Below are positions 1-8,632 of a stretch of 12,177 nucleotides of DNA, piece by piece. The stretch comes from Candidatus Ratteibacteria bacterium (GTDB taxonomy: Bacteria > Ratteibacteria > UBA8468 > B48-G9 > DTJG01), in contig JBMFLH010000057.1 in the NCBI GenBank assembly GCA_049971295.1, positions 1-12,177 on the forward strand, given 5' to 3'. Under the pieces are notes generated by a model. The model was not told where the DNA came from. It made no database searches and saw nothing but the letters and a program-made list of their open reading frames with translations. Position 1 is the first letter of the stretch. Each line of letters begins with the position of its first letter. A program made the position numbers and the translations under genes.

Positions 1-842
1 CCTGTGATTTTTGCCTCACAAAGAGGAAGAAAAAATTTCTCATCAATAGGTACAAATTGTTTGTCGGTGGACCTTTTCATCGCAGCGATTGCATAGCCCC
101 ATCCAGGAAATTCAAAATGATAGTACACAAGTTTGTGTATGCCCGGGTCAATCTCAATGTCTCCTGAATGTTCTGGTCTGATAAATCCTTCAATCCAGTG
201 TCTACCTGGCCAGGATGCAATGAGTTTTTCATCAACAAAAATAAATGATGCGCCTGTGGATGTTGTCCCAAACGAAATTTTTTCTTTTTTATCAAGATAA
301 AAGTATCCTGTATACACCCTTATGAAATAACCTGTCTGGGTAATGGGGTTGCTTGAGTCGTAAATGGTTTTTCTGAACGCGGCATTGACAAAGTATTTTT
401 CCTGGACGCTGTTATCGATGTTTTTTTTGCAGCTATCCCATGTGTTTACATCGTCTCCGCGCATTCTATATAACTCAAGTAAAACACCGCGCTTTGGCCT
501 ATAATTTAATTGTTGGATAATAGCATCTTTTTTTCCGCAAAAAAGATAGTATTTTTTCCCTGAAACAGGAAAACAAATTTCATAAAAATTTCCAGGGCCA
601 GTTTTTGAAATAAAAAATTCTATCTGTTTTCCGTTTTCGTCTGTAATTTTGATGTCAGAGCCATCGTCTTTTGCAGGACAGAATATCCTGACAATTGCTG
701 CATGTTCCACAGGTACATTGTCTCTTTCTTCAGAAACAAGGATTTCGGCACGGTATTGATATCCATCAAGCCATACACTCCCGAAGACAACATTAGAAAT
801 CCATAAAAAACACAGAGGCACTGAAAAAATAAGCTTTTTCAT
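1..842 (-). CDS. Secreted protein with DUF2341-like and PA14-like domains (partial; 3' end lies beyond the left edge; not in the ORF track)
   Basis: Manual translation: ATG at 842-840 overlaps the upstream TGA (ATGA) and the frame stays open for 280 codons to the edge. MKKLIFSVPLCFLWISNVVFG is signal-peptide-like. WLDGYQYRAEILV...DDGSDIKITDENGKQIEFFI...YYLFCG resembles DUF2341. RGVLLELY...YTGYFYL...ISFGTTSTGASFIFVDEKLIASWPGRH...HSGDIEIDPGIHKLVYYH resembles PA14. Confidence 0.85.
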   Translation of the reverse strand, partial: MKKLIFSVPLCFLWISNVVFGSVWLDGYQYRAEILVSEERDNVPVEHAAIVRIFCPAKDDGSDIKITDENGKQIEFFISKTGPGNFYEICFPVSGKKYYLFCGKKDAIIQQLNYRPKRGVLLELYRMRGDDVNTWDSCKKNIDNSVQEKYFVNAAFRKTIYDSSNPITQTGYFIRVYTGYFYLDKKEKISFGTTSTGASFIFVDEKLIASWPGRHWIEGFIRPEHSGDIEIDPGIHKLVYYHFEFPGWGYAIAAMKRSTDKQFVPIDEKFFLPLCEAKIT

Positions 843-1780
843 TTCTTCACAGGTACCATAGATAAGTTTGAAAACCATACCTTTCCGGGATTTCCATAAA
901 CATACAGTTTCAATCGCATCCATTTGACTGCGGGATTTTTGAACGTAACATTTCTTATCTGAGTTTTCCATGTTTGGTCTGGCGCCTGATGATAAAAGCA
1001 TTCATTTCTTTCTATTCTTCGTCTTCTGCCTTCAACCATCCCCCATCCCTCAACGAAAATAATGATGATTGGTCCGGATGTCTTTGTTCTCACACTCAAC
1101 ACATAATCAGATGGAGAAGAAACTTCATGAAAAATTGAATACGCCCAGTATCCTTCACTTTCTGCAGTAGGCCTGTCAATATTGTACATTAAGAATTTTT
1201 CTGAGGAATCCCAGAAGGTTCTATCATCAAGAATTTTCCATCCATAAGGGATTTTGCCTTCACCTTCTGAAAAATCTCCATTGACAATAATGTTTTCCTG
1301 TTTTTTTGTTCCTCTTGTGGGAAGAACTGTAAAACTTACTAAATTTGAGACTGCATCAAGCCATTTCATTTGGACATTAAATGTAGCTGGTAATTTAATA
1401 GGGTAATACTCATAAAAAAATGGAATCAAAATTTTATAAGATTGGCCTGGATTGAGGATGATGGGTTGATAATTTTTGTTTGTCTGAGGACTGTGTGGCT
1501 TTGGTTCTGGCGGCATGTGATTGGTGAAGTTTTTCATTTCTGGAATATCTTTAATTTCAAGTTTATGAAGATTACCGATGTACATCCAGTTTTTTTCCTT
1601 CGGCTGGAGAAATTCAATAATATAACTTTCAACCTGTGTTGAGTCGTTAATAATGGTAAGATTCAGAAGAACAGTTTCTTCTTCCTGATAGATGTTTTTT
1701 GGACTTTCAAGGACAAGTTGCATTCCCCACAGATAACAGATGGATACAAAAAAGATACTACCTGCCAGAAATGTTTTCAT
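839..1780 (-). CDS. Secreted protein with an N-terminal Ig-like domain and a C-terminal CBM4/9-like (galactose-binding fold) domain
   Basis: 313 aa; hydrophobic leader MKTFLAGSIFFVSICYLWG; GAGG shortly upstream of the ATG. Ig-like pattern LVLESPKNIY..EETVLLNLTIIN...LNPGQSY...SNLVSFTV. Jelly-roll CBM-like pattern NIIVNGDFSEG...PYGW...YVLSVRTKT...WKT...MRLKLY...GKVWFSNLSM. CDS is secure; domain calls are moderate. Confidence 0.75.
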   Translation of the reverse strand: MKTFLAGSIFFVSICYLWGMQLVLESPKNIYQEEETVLLNLTIINDSTQVESYIIEFLQPKEKNWMYIGNLHKLEIKDIPEMKNFTNHMPPEPKPHSPQTNKNYQPIILNPGQSYKILIPFFYEYYPIKLPATFNVQMKWLDAVSNLVSFTVLPTRGTKKQENIIVNGDFSEGEGKIPYGWKILDDRTFWDSSEKFLMYNIDRPTAESEGYWAYSIFHEVSSPSDYVLSVRTKTSGPIIIIFVEGWGMVEGRRRRIERNECFYHQAPDQTWKTQIRNVTFKNPAVKWMRLKLYVYGNPGKVWFSNLSMVPVKK

Positions 1781-4496
1781 AATATTTCCTCACGACAGGT
1801 TCGTATCCTGACGGAATTTTTTCGTCCCAGATACTTCCCAGTTCCTTTCTCTTTTTCTCAACTTTTTCTGAATTTTCTACCCTTACAATTGCCTGGTGCG
1901 TAAGCACCTGTTGCGCCTGTTTGAGATTTGTCACAATCATTTGATTTGTTGTGAGTAGATTGTGGTATCTACCCTCTTTTAATTGTATGGTAAATTGTTT
2001 CATCGCAGAAATTGATTTTTCAAGCTGTGCATTATAAATGTTCAGTATCTTTAATTCTCTTTCAATCTTTTCTGCTTTTTCTATGAGTTTTGCCTGTTTT
2101 TCTGCCAGTTGCGCATACCTGAAAGACAAATCCTGAACAGGTCCCTTCAGTCCTGTTGGACCCCAGCCGCTTGCTTTTCCTCCGCCAGTGGGTCCCAATT
2201 GATTTTCACCACTTGTGTCCTGAACCTGTCCTGGTTCAATATTGTCAGGAGTTAATCTTGCAGGAGTTTGCCTTCCTCCTTTTCCCTGGGCGGTTTTCTC
2301 AACCATCTCGCCATACGAGCGGCCTGTTCTTCCTTCGCCACTTCTGCCCCCGACTTTTTGTTGATTGGGTAATACATTACCGGTGATACCTTTTGCACTC
2401 ATATTGCTGATAGATCCGTCCATCGCCATCCATCCAGCACCCTTGTCAAGACTATCCATCCATGAACTTGTGATGTCTTCTATTTCTTCTGTCATATCTT
2501 CTGCCTGTTCAATTAGGTCTCCGATAATATCTTCAAGTTCTGCCGGAAGCTCTGCTTCTGGCGCAATGACTGGTTTTGATGGTTCCTGATGGTCCCATTT
2601 CACTGAGTCAGGCGCTTCAGCGAGCCACCTTTCAAGATTTGCCACCAGTTCTTCTGCCAGTTCAAGTCCCATCTGGGATTCCTGTATAGGTATTGTAATC
2701 GGTTTGCCCCTCGCAAAGGCATCTGAAGCTGCCTGAAGATGAGATATCATTTCAACAAATTCGTCTGAAAGGGTGAATTTTCCCTGTGTTTGCTGGGCGA
2801 TTTTATTGAGGTCATTTACCATTTTCTGTAACATGTCTGCCCATTTTTTTTCCTGTTCAGCCAGATTTTGCAATTCTGAAGGGTCTGCGGCATTTCTTAC
2901 TTTTCCAAGTTTTTTTGCGGCTTCAATGACCTTTTTTTGTTCCTCAATGAACTTTTCAAGAAGTTTTTTTGCCTGTTCCATTTCTGTTTGTTGTCTTTTT
3001 TCTTCTTCTGGTGATTTGCGCGTAGAAAGATTGTTTGGGGCTGCTTGCGGTGAATAAACAAAATAGACTGATGAACGACCGGTATTGCCTGCTGGTGAAT
3101 AATCAGTGCATTCTGCGTAATATGCAATCTTTGAATAACCGGCTGGAACTTTCAAAAGTGCATCAATAATTAACTCCTTCCTGCCATTTCCGGAGCTCTG
3201 ATAAAAAATCCTGTCATTATTTGAAATTTCACCTTCGCCTGTATGTACCCTGAATCGTATAAAATTGATACCAAAATCATCTGATACTTTCAATTTCAAC
3301 GGGATTGATGTACCAGAGCTGGTAACAATGTCTTTGCCCGGTGATAGAAATTCGCAGAAAGGAATCTGGTCAAAAATGACTGTAACTGGTTCCCTGGGAC
3401 TTGCCAGAGTCTTTTTTGTTGCAGGGTCATAGTAGTGAACTTGATACAATGTCGTGTTATTGATTGTAAATTTAAAAGATTTTATCTTTGAAATGCCTTT
3501 GTTTGGGATGCTTGTGCCATCGCCAAAAACCAGCAACGCATCTCCAGCTGGATTGTTAAAATAAAACTCTGCTGTGATTTTTGTCCCCTGAAGACCGCTG
3601 ATTTCAGAAAAGTCCTTTTCAACTATTTTTGACTTCAGTCCTGTGTATGCGGGATATTCAAAGATGAGTTTCATCTTTTTGATCAAGGTTTTTTCAACCA
3701 CATTGACCCTGTACCAGACACTGCTCTTATTATTTAAAACGACCCTGTATGAAAATGGAGTGATTACCTCGTTTACTGTGTAAACAAAAATTTGTCCATC
3801 TTGAATCATTGGTTCTTTTTTTGTTGTTCCATTTTTTATCTGTATCATCGGTACACCGGATTCTTTTAATTTTGCTTTGATGACAAGGCTGCAACCACGT
3901 TCCACTGAACAGTTTCCTGGTTCCACAATAATACTGTCAAGAAATTTTCCTGGCATAAGAATTTTCAGCAGAACATTTCTGCTTGATTGTGGCAATAGAA
4001 TCGAAGATACAGTGAGCAAAAACAGAGATATAAGCGCCACGATGAAGGTTTTTTTCAGTTTGTTTCTGTCAATTGCCTTTTCAATATCGCAATTTGCAAG
4101 GGATTGGAATGCTTTTTTTCTCAGCACATCTATAAAAATTTCAGGATATTTTCCTGTTTTTCTGCTGAGCTGAACTGAATTAATAACGAGATTGTTCAAA
4201 AACGGGAATTTTTTTTCTATCTTCAAGGCAACTGTGTCAAACGGTGTATATAAACACTTCCAGTGTGTGTAAAAAATCCAGGCAACAAAACCAGAAACAA
4301 TTAGAAAAATCAGGGCCCTGTAATAATTTGCGTAAAACGAAGAAAATGGAAGAAATCTATCAAGAAATATCAGTACGGTGAATGCCATAGAGATGGCGGA
4401 AAGGAAAACACATACGACTTCACTGATTTTGATTTTCCTTTCAATCCTTCTGTATGCCATAAGATAACCATAGATATGGTCCAGCGTTCCGTTCAT
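1758..4496 (-). CDS. DUF4175-like membrane protein: three TM helices, Ig-like domains, coiled coil with an acidic/Gly-rich insert
   Basis: 912 aa; GAGGGAAAGGA just upstream of the ATG. TM segments at about aa 26-46, 60-77 and 151-168. Motifs typical of the long membrane proteins of MoxR/BatA clusters: VALKIEKKFPFLNNLVINSVQL, YPAYTG, DQIPFCEFLSPGKD, VSDDFGI, terminal IPSGYEPVVRKYYENI. E/K/Q-rich helical regions at about aa 497-625 and 790-885. Confidence 0.8.
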   Translation of the reverse strand: MNGTLDHIYGYLMAYRRIERKIKISEVVCVFLSAISMAFTVLIFLDRFLPFSSFYANYYRALIFLIVSGFVAWIFYTHWKCLYTPFDTVALKIEKKFPFLNNLVINSVQLSRKTGKYPEIFIDVLRKKAFQSLANCDIEKAIDRNKLKKTFIVALISLFLLTVSSILLPQSSRNVLLKILMPGKFLDSIIVEPGNCSVERGCSLVIKAKLKESGVPMIQIKNGTTKKEPMIQDGQIFVYTVNEVITPFSYRVVLNNKSSVWYRVNVVEKTLIKKMKLIFEYPAYTGLKSKIVEKDFSEISGLQGTKITAEFYFNNPAGDALLVFGDGTSIPNKGISKIKSFKFTINNTTLYQVHYYDPATKKTLASPREPVTVIFDQIPFCEFLSPGKDIVTSSGTSIPLKLKVSDDFGINFIRFRVHTGEGEISNNDRIFYQSSGNGRKELIIDALLKVPAGYSKIAYYAECTDYSPAGNTGRSSVYFVYSPQAAPNNLSTRKSPEEEKRQQTEMEQAKKLLEKFIEEQKKVIEAAKKLGKVRNAADPSELQNLAEQEKKWADMLQKMVNDLNKIAQQTQGKFTLSDEFVEMISHLQAASDAFARGKPITIPIQESQMGLELAEELVANLERWLAEAPDSVKWDHQEPSKPVIAPEAELPAELEDIIGDLIEQAEDMTEEIEDITSSWMDSLDKGAGWMAMDGSISNMSAKGITGNVLPNQQKVGGRSGEGRTGRSYGEMVEKTAQGKGGRQTPARLTPDNIEPGQVQDTSGENQLGPTGGGKASGWGPTGLKGPVQDLSFRYAQLAEKQAKLIEKAEKIERELKILNIYNAQLEKSISAMKQFTIQLKEGRYHNLLTTNQMIVTNLKQAQQVLTHQAIVRVENSEKVEKKRKELGSIWDEKIPSGYEPVVRKYYENISGR

Positions 4497-4533
4497 AATC
4501 CTTTCCCTCGTTTACCATTAGACGAATCAGTAT

Positions 4534-6627
4534 TCATAGTATATTATTTCTCCTCCTTAAAAACCAACACGCAGAAAGAACAAGGAAAATTATAAAAACG
4601 AGATATTTTTCCGAAACATCTGTCACGGCAAGCCGTGTTTTGATTGTGGTTTTACGAAGTTTCAGTGATTTCATCAGTCCTTCGGGATTTTCAACCGCAA
4701 AATATTCTCCATTAGAGATTTCAGCAAGTTTTTTTAGATAAATATCATCTTTACCAGTATTGTCTGTTTCACTTCCCTGCCTTGTAACAACAAATTCTTT
4801 TTTGTTGATTTTTCCTTCGTTTTCAGCACAGATGATATAAATGCCTTCTCTGTCAGGAACAAAAAAACATTCGTTCTGCATGATATTGAGGTCTGCTCGA
4901 AAATTATCAGGGCCTATGATATATGTCTTAAAGGGTTTGTTCTGATTTTTGAAAGCGAATTTTATGTTAACGTTTTCGTTTTTTGCATATATCCTGTCCA
5001 CAAAAATTTCGGGAACAATATCGCCAATTTTCAGGTAATCTTCGGGTTTACAGAGGAATCTTATGATTCTTCCCCAGAATTTCTCATAGGCGATTTTTTC
5101 CTGTTCGTTTGAACCATAGTACCATTTCCAGGTTGAATCAGTGGCAACAATAACACATCTACCTGTATATGCAGTCGTTGTCACAACAATTGGTACATTG
5201 TTTGAAGCAGGGCTGTCAATCAGAACAATGCCACCTGGTTTTATAGAATTGAGAATATTTAATCTGTCGAGAACCGGCAATGATTGAAAATCTTCAAAAA
5301 CAGTCAAATTTTTTCCTTCCTCAGTAATTGAAGGTCTGAAAGGCCCCTGTATGAAGGATGCTTCATTTCCCGTAATATTAATAGGCAGTATTTCTTTGAT
5401 TGGTGCTCTGTTGAGTCCTTTGAGAAAATTTTCTCCGCCAAGAAAAAGTATGCTTCCGTTTTTTTCTACAAAGTTTTTCAGATTTTCCAGGTCTTTTTCT
5501 GAAAACGACGAGAAGTCAATGTCTCCGAAAATGATGATGTTAAAATTTTGAAGAAATCTTTCGCTGCCAAGAATATCTGGTGGGATGTCAATGGTTTTAC
5601 CACCTGTCTGTTGAAAGGTTGATTCTCCGATTCTGACAAGACTGCAGGTTTCAATTTTTCTGTCTGACTCAAGAAATCTTTTGAGAAATTTGTACTCCCA
5701 TCTGAGGTTTCCTTCAACATACAGAATATGTATTGTTGGTGAAATTACCCGTGCGAGAAAAAAGAAGTGATTATTTTCAGGATTTGATTCTCCGATGCCC
5801 GGTTGAACAGATATTTCATAGACATAATCTCCCTGTGAAAGAGACGGAATTTCAAAATCCACGCGATTGAAGTTTGAAGCAAGATTGATAGTTTTTCCCT
5901 GAATGAATTTTTTGTTTTCTTTCAGTGAAACAGCCACGTTTTCATCATCATAACCCTTTTGATTGATAATGACACTGACTTTCAGCACTTCACCCTCATA
6001 TATGGGTGAATTTGTGATGACTGTGGCTATTCCAATATCTTTTGCAGATTCTTCCCCGATACCGATAGTATAAACTGGCACAGTCAACTGATTTTTCATT
6101 TCTTCCCACGAAATATACTGGGTCTCATAACCGTCAGAAAGAATCACCACACCTGAGCAATTGTTTGAGTGTTTTTTGATGATGCCTGAAAGCAAAGAGG
6201 CAATTTTTGTGGCATGCTGGTCTGCTTTGAGAAACGTGATATCCTTTTGCGCGAGAGTTTTCAGTTCAGAGCCAAATGAATAAAAAATTGGTCTGTACTT
6301 TTTTAAGTATCTGGTTTTTGTAAGGAATTCTCTGGCTCTATCAATTTTTGAAGTTCCCGATTTATCTTTTGTCCTCATGCTGATGGAATTGTCTATCATT
6401 ACGATGAGGGGCTTTTTTGTTGCTGTTTTTATTTGAAGAAAAAGTTCTGGCTGAAATATCGCGCACATGAGAAGAAATACTGCGATCAAATGAAGAAAAA
6501 GGGGCATGCGCATTCTTTTTCTGGGCAGGAGTTTTGTGTAAGCCAGGGTGGTAACAAAGATGACTGCTGCAAAAAACAATATCACCACCATGGCAGGTGC
6601 CGGACAATTAAAGTTTATGCGAAGCAT
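4534..6627 (-). CDS. Membrane protein with VWA, Ig/CARDB-like and class I glutamine amidotransferase-like (DUF1355-type) domains
   Basis: 697 aa; two N-terminal TM helices; MIDAS VMIDNSISM, candidate Thr in HATKIAS and ILSDG; VPVYTIGIG; SNPENN; ILYVEGNLRWEYKFLKRFL, NIIIFGDI, GSILFLGG, GRCVIVATDSTWKW, YEKFWGRIIRFL; C-terminal TM ending WFLRRR. Confidence 0.88.
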   Translation of the reverse strand: MLRINFNCPAPAMVVILFFAAVIFVTTLAYTKLLPRKRMRMPLFLHLIAVFLLMCAIFQPELFLQIKTATKKPLIVMIDNSISMRTKDKSGTSKIDRAREFLTKTRYLKKYRPIFYSFGSELKTLAQKDITFLKADQHATKIASLLSGIIKKHSNNCSGVVILSDGYETQYISWEEMKNQLTVPVYTIGIGEESAKDIGIATVITNSPIYEGEVLKVSVIINQKGYDDENVAVSLKENKKFIQGKTINLASNFNRVDFEIPSLSQGDYVYEISVQPGIGESNPENNHFFFLARVISPTIHILYVEGNLRWEYKFLKRFLESDRKIETCSLVRIGESTFQQTGGKTIDIPPDILGSERFLQNFNIIIFGDIDFSSFSEKDLENLKNFVEKNGSILFLGGENFLKGLNRAPIKEILPINITGNEASFIQGPFRPSITEEGKNLTVFEDFQSLPVLDRLNILNSIKPGGIVLIDSPASNNVPIVVTTTAYTGRCVIVATDSTWKWYYGSNEQEKIAYEKFWGRIIRFLCKPEDYLKIGDIVPEIFVDRIYAKNENVNIKFAFKNQNKPFKTYIIGPDNFRADLNIMQNECFFVPDREGIYIICAENEGKINKKEFVVTRQGSETDNTGKDDIYLKKLAEISNGEYFAVENPEGLMKSLKLRKTTIKTRLAVTDVSEKYLVFIIFLVLSACWFLRRRNNIL

Positions 6628-8623
6628 GCGTTCCCTTTTCTTTGAAAAAAATAAAAAGGTTACTTAACATCAGTTCTGTAATTAAAAGAACCATGGCAAG
6701 TTCAAGGAAAACCATCATCAGATTACCGCCTGAGGTTTCTAAGGCAATAAATTTTTCCATATGATTTCTGCTAACGAAGTTCACTCTGGTCTTTCTTAAA
6801 ATTGTCCTGATTTCTCCGTATGAGATTTTTGAAGGATTTCCTTCTGTGTAAGGCACATTGACTGATACCATCTGTTTTTGTTCATTTCCTTTTGCAATAA
6901 AGTGTGCTGTCCAGATACCTGGCAGGTCAGGCACATATGAAACAGGCATTTTTCCTGTGTTTTTTATTGTGTTTATTGTGCCTTCAGGGTTGATGATATT
7001 TACAGAATCAGCATTTTCTGAACCTTTTACTATTACGGCATTACCAACAGATGCTGAATGGGTGATTCCAGAGAGATAGTTAATCATTACAGTCATCATA
7101 ACAGGAAAAAATGGTCTGGTGTGGAAGTTTGTCCATGGCTGGCACGGTGTAAATGTAAATAGAAACAGCTTACCTTTTCCAATTCTTTTTTCAATCAGGA
7201 CAACATTGCCGTTATCAAGTCTCATTAGGATGTCTCCAGTAATTTCCCTGACAGAATAACAGGCATTGAACCGCGTTGTTTTCAGATAATCAAATGTCTG
7301 TTCACCGAATTCTGTAAAGAGGGGATGTCCGGTTGCAACCCAGGCAACACCAGCAGATTTCATAAAGTCATTTTTTCGACCGAGTTTTGCTGGCATGATA
7401 AATATGTTTTTTCCCCTGTGAAGCCAGTCATTATTGAAATCTTCTGGCGCAATTCTATCTCCAGGGAAATAGATGAGGGTACCGCCGTCAGAAATGTACT
7501 GGTAAAGTTTTTCTCTAACAGAAACTTCCATTTTTTCTGGATTTACCAGAATGATTGCCCTGTATTGATCAAAAGATACATCAGAAATTTCATTGGTTTT
7601 TTTTGTATCAACAACAATGGTACCAGAGGAGGTAACAGAGGATTTAGTGTAAAAGAGAGAGGTATCATCAGACCCTATCAATAGAACTTTTTTTTCGCCA
7701 CTTGTTTCTCTCTGAAGATAAAACTGGTTGTCAATTTTTAAAATATCTGGATAGGCCAATTCTGCTTTCAATGATTGACAATCATTCCCGATTTTGATTT
7801 CTATTTCAGATGTTTTTTCTCCCGGGAGGTTGACCTGTTTTACAGTATGAAAATTTTCGCCAGAAATGTTTAGTTCTGTTGTGACCTGTTGCTTGCCCCA
7901 GTTTATCATTTCACAGATGTAGGTGTTTTTGCCAGGTACAGGGTAAAAGTCCTTGATGGTCAGGTTTTCATGATAATCCTCGCCTGCATCAATGACTGTA
8001 ACATCAGCACTGATTTTTCCTGCCAGAGCAACCTTTTCCCATGCAGATTTTTGAAAATCTGTTATGATGAATATTTTTTTATATCCGGATTTTTTTTCAA
8101 GCAGGAAAGATGCGGTATCTAATGCTGTCTGCAAAGTATTGCCGTGAAAACCCGGGTTGCTTGCCCGTATCTGTTTTGCCACATCTTGATAAATGCGAGA
8201 AAATGGGATTGTCTTACCACTGGTAAACACCACACACACACTGGTTGTTTTTCTTAATGAAGCAAGAATTTGTTCTGAACATTTTTGAAGGTTTTTCCAG
8301 ACATTTTGCGACGGTCCTGCTGACATGCTTGCTGAATCATCAAGGATTAAAACAACGTAAGATTCTTTTTCAGCAAGAATGGTTCTTCTGCTGATTGGTT
8401 GAGCAATCGCGATAAAAAGGCAGGCAACAAGCACAGTTCTCAACAATAACACAAGGATTTCTTCAAGTTTCTGCCTTCTGATGGTTTTTCTATGTGTGAG
8501 TTTAATAAATCTGACCGTACTGAAAAAATAAACCGGCGATTTTCTCCTTGAAAATAAATGTATCAATATGGGTACGCTGATACCTGCAAGTCCCCATAAA
8601 AAAATTGGTTGAAGAAACCCCAT
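6608..8623 (-). CDS. BatA-type double-transmembrane protein with VWA, Ig-like and GATase-like domains
   Basis: 671 aa; BatA N-terminal signature FLQPIFLWGLAGISVPILIHL...FSTVRFI...LLLRTVLVACLFIAIAQP; MIDAS LILDDSASM and IITDFQ; later YISDGGTLIYFPG, GHPLF, EKRIGKGKLFLF, WTNF..RPFFPVMM; C-terminal TM. Confidence 0.9.
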   Translation of the reverse strand: MGFLQPIFLWGLAGISVPILIHLFSRRKSPVYFFSTVRFIKLTHRKTIRRQKLEEILVLLLRTVLVACLFIAIAQPISRRTILAEKESYVVLILDDSASMSAGPSQNVWKNLQKCSEQILASLRKTTSVCVVFTSGKTIPFSRIYQDVAKQIRASNPGFHGNTLQTALDTASFLLEKKSGYKKIFIITDFQKSAWEKVALAGKISADVTVIDAGEDYHENLTIKDFYPVPGKNTYICEMINWGKQQVTTELNISGENFHTVKQVNLPGEKTSEIEIKIGNDCQSLKAELAYPDILKIDNQFYLQRETSGEKKVLLIGSDDTSLFYTKSSVTSSGTIVVDTKKTNEISDVSFDQYRAIILVNPEKMEVSVREKLYQYISDGGTLIYFPGDRIAPEDFNNDWLHRGKNIFIMPAKLGRKNDFMKSAGVAWVATGHPLFTEFGEQTFDYLKTTRFNACYSVREITGDILMRLDNGNVVLIEKRIGKGKLFLFTFTPCQPWTNFHTRPFFPVMMTVMINYLSGITHSASVGNAVIVKGSENADSVNIINPEGTINTIKNTGKMPVSYVPDLPGIWTAHFIAKGNEQKQMVSVNVPYTEGNPSKISYGEIRTILRKTRVNFVSRNHMEKFIALETSGGNLMMVFLELAMVLLITELMLSNLFIFFKEKGTHASHKL

Positions 8624-8632
8624 AGGCTTTTC

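Noticed and set aside
77..295. 72-aa minus-strand ORF in the track
   Set aside because: It lies out of frame inside the longer 842..<1 CDS, which has a signal peptide, domain-like motifs and a coupled start.
4508..4525. Small dyad TCGTTTA-CCAT-TAGACGA in the 37-nt intergenic gap, next to the SD of the 912-aa gene
   Set aside because: The mRNA-strand stem has a C-A mismatch and no U-tract, so it is too weak to call a terminator or regulatory hairpin.
421..8098. Several T7-T8 runs in coding regions as possible phase-variation or frameshift sites
   Set aside because: They are expected from Lys codons in AT-rich DNA, and all reading frames are intact.
4534..8623. Calling the two GATase-like proteins active glutamine amidotransferases
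   Set aside because: There is no Cys at the nucleophile-elbow position and no recognisable catalytic His-x-Glu motif.
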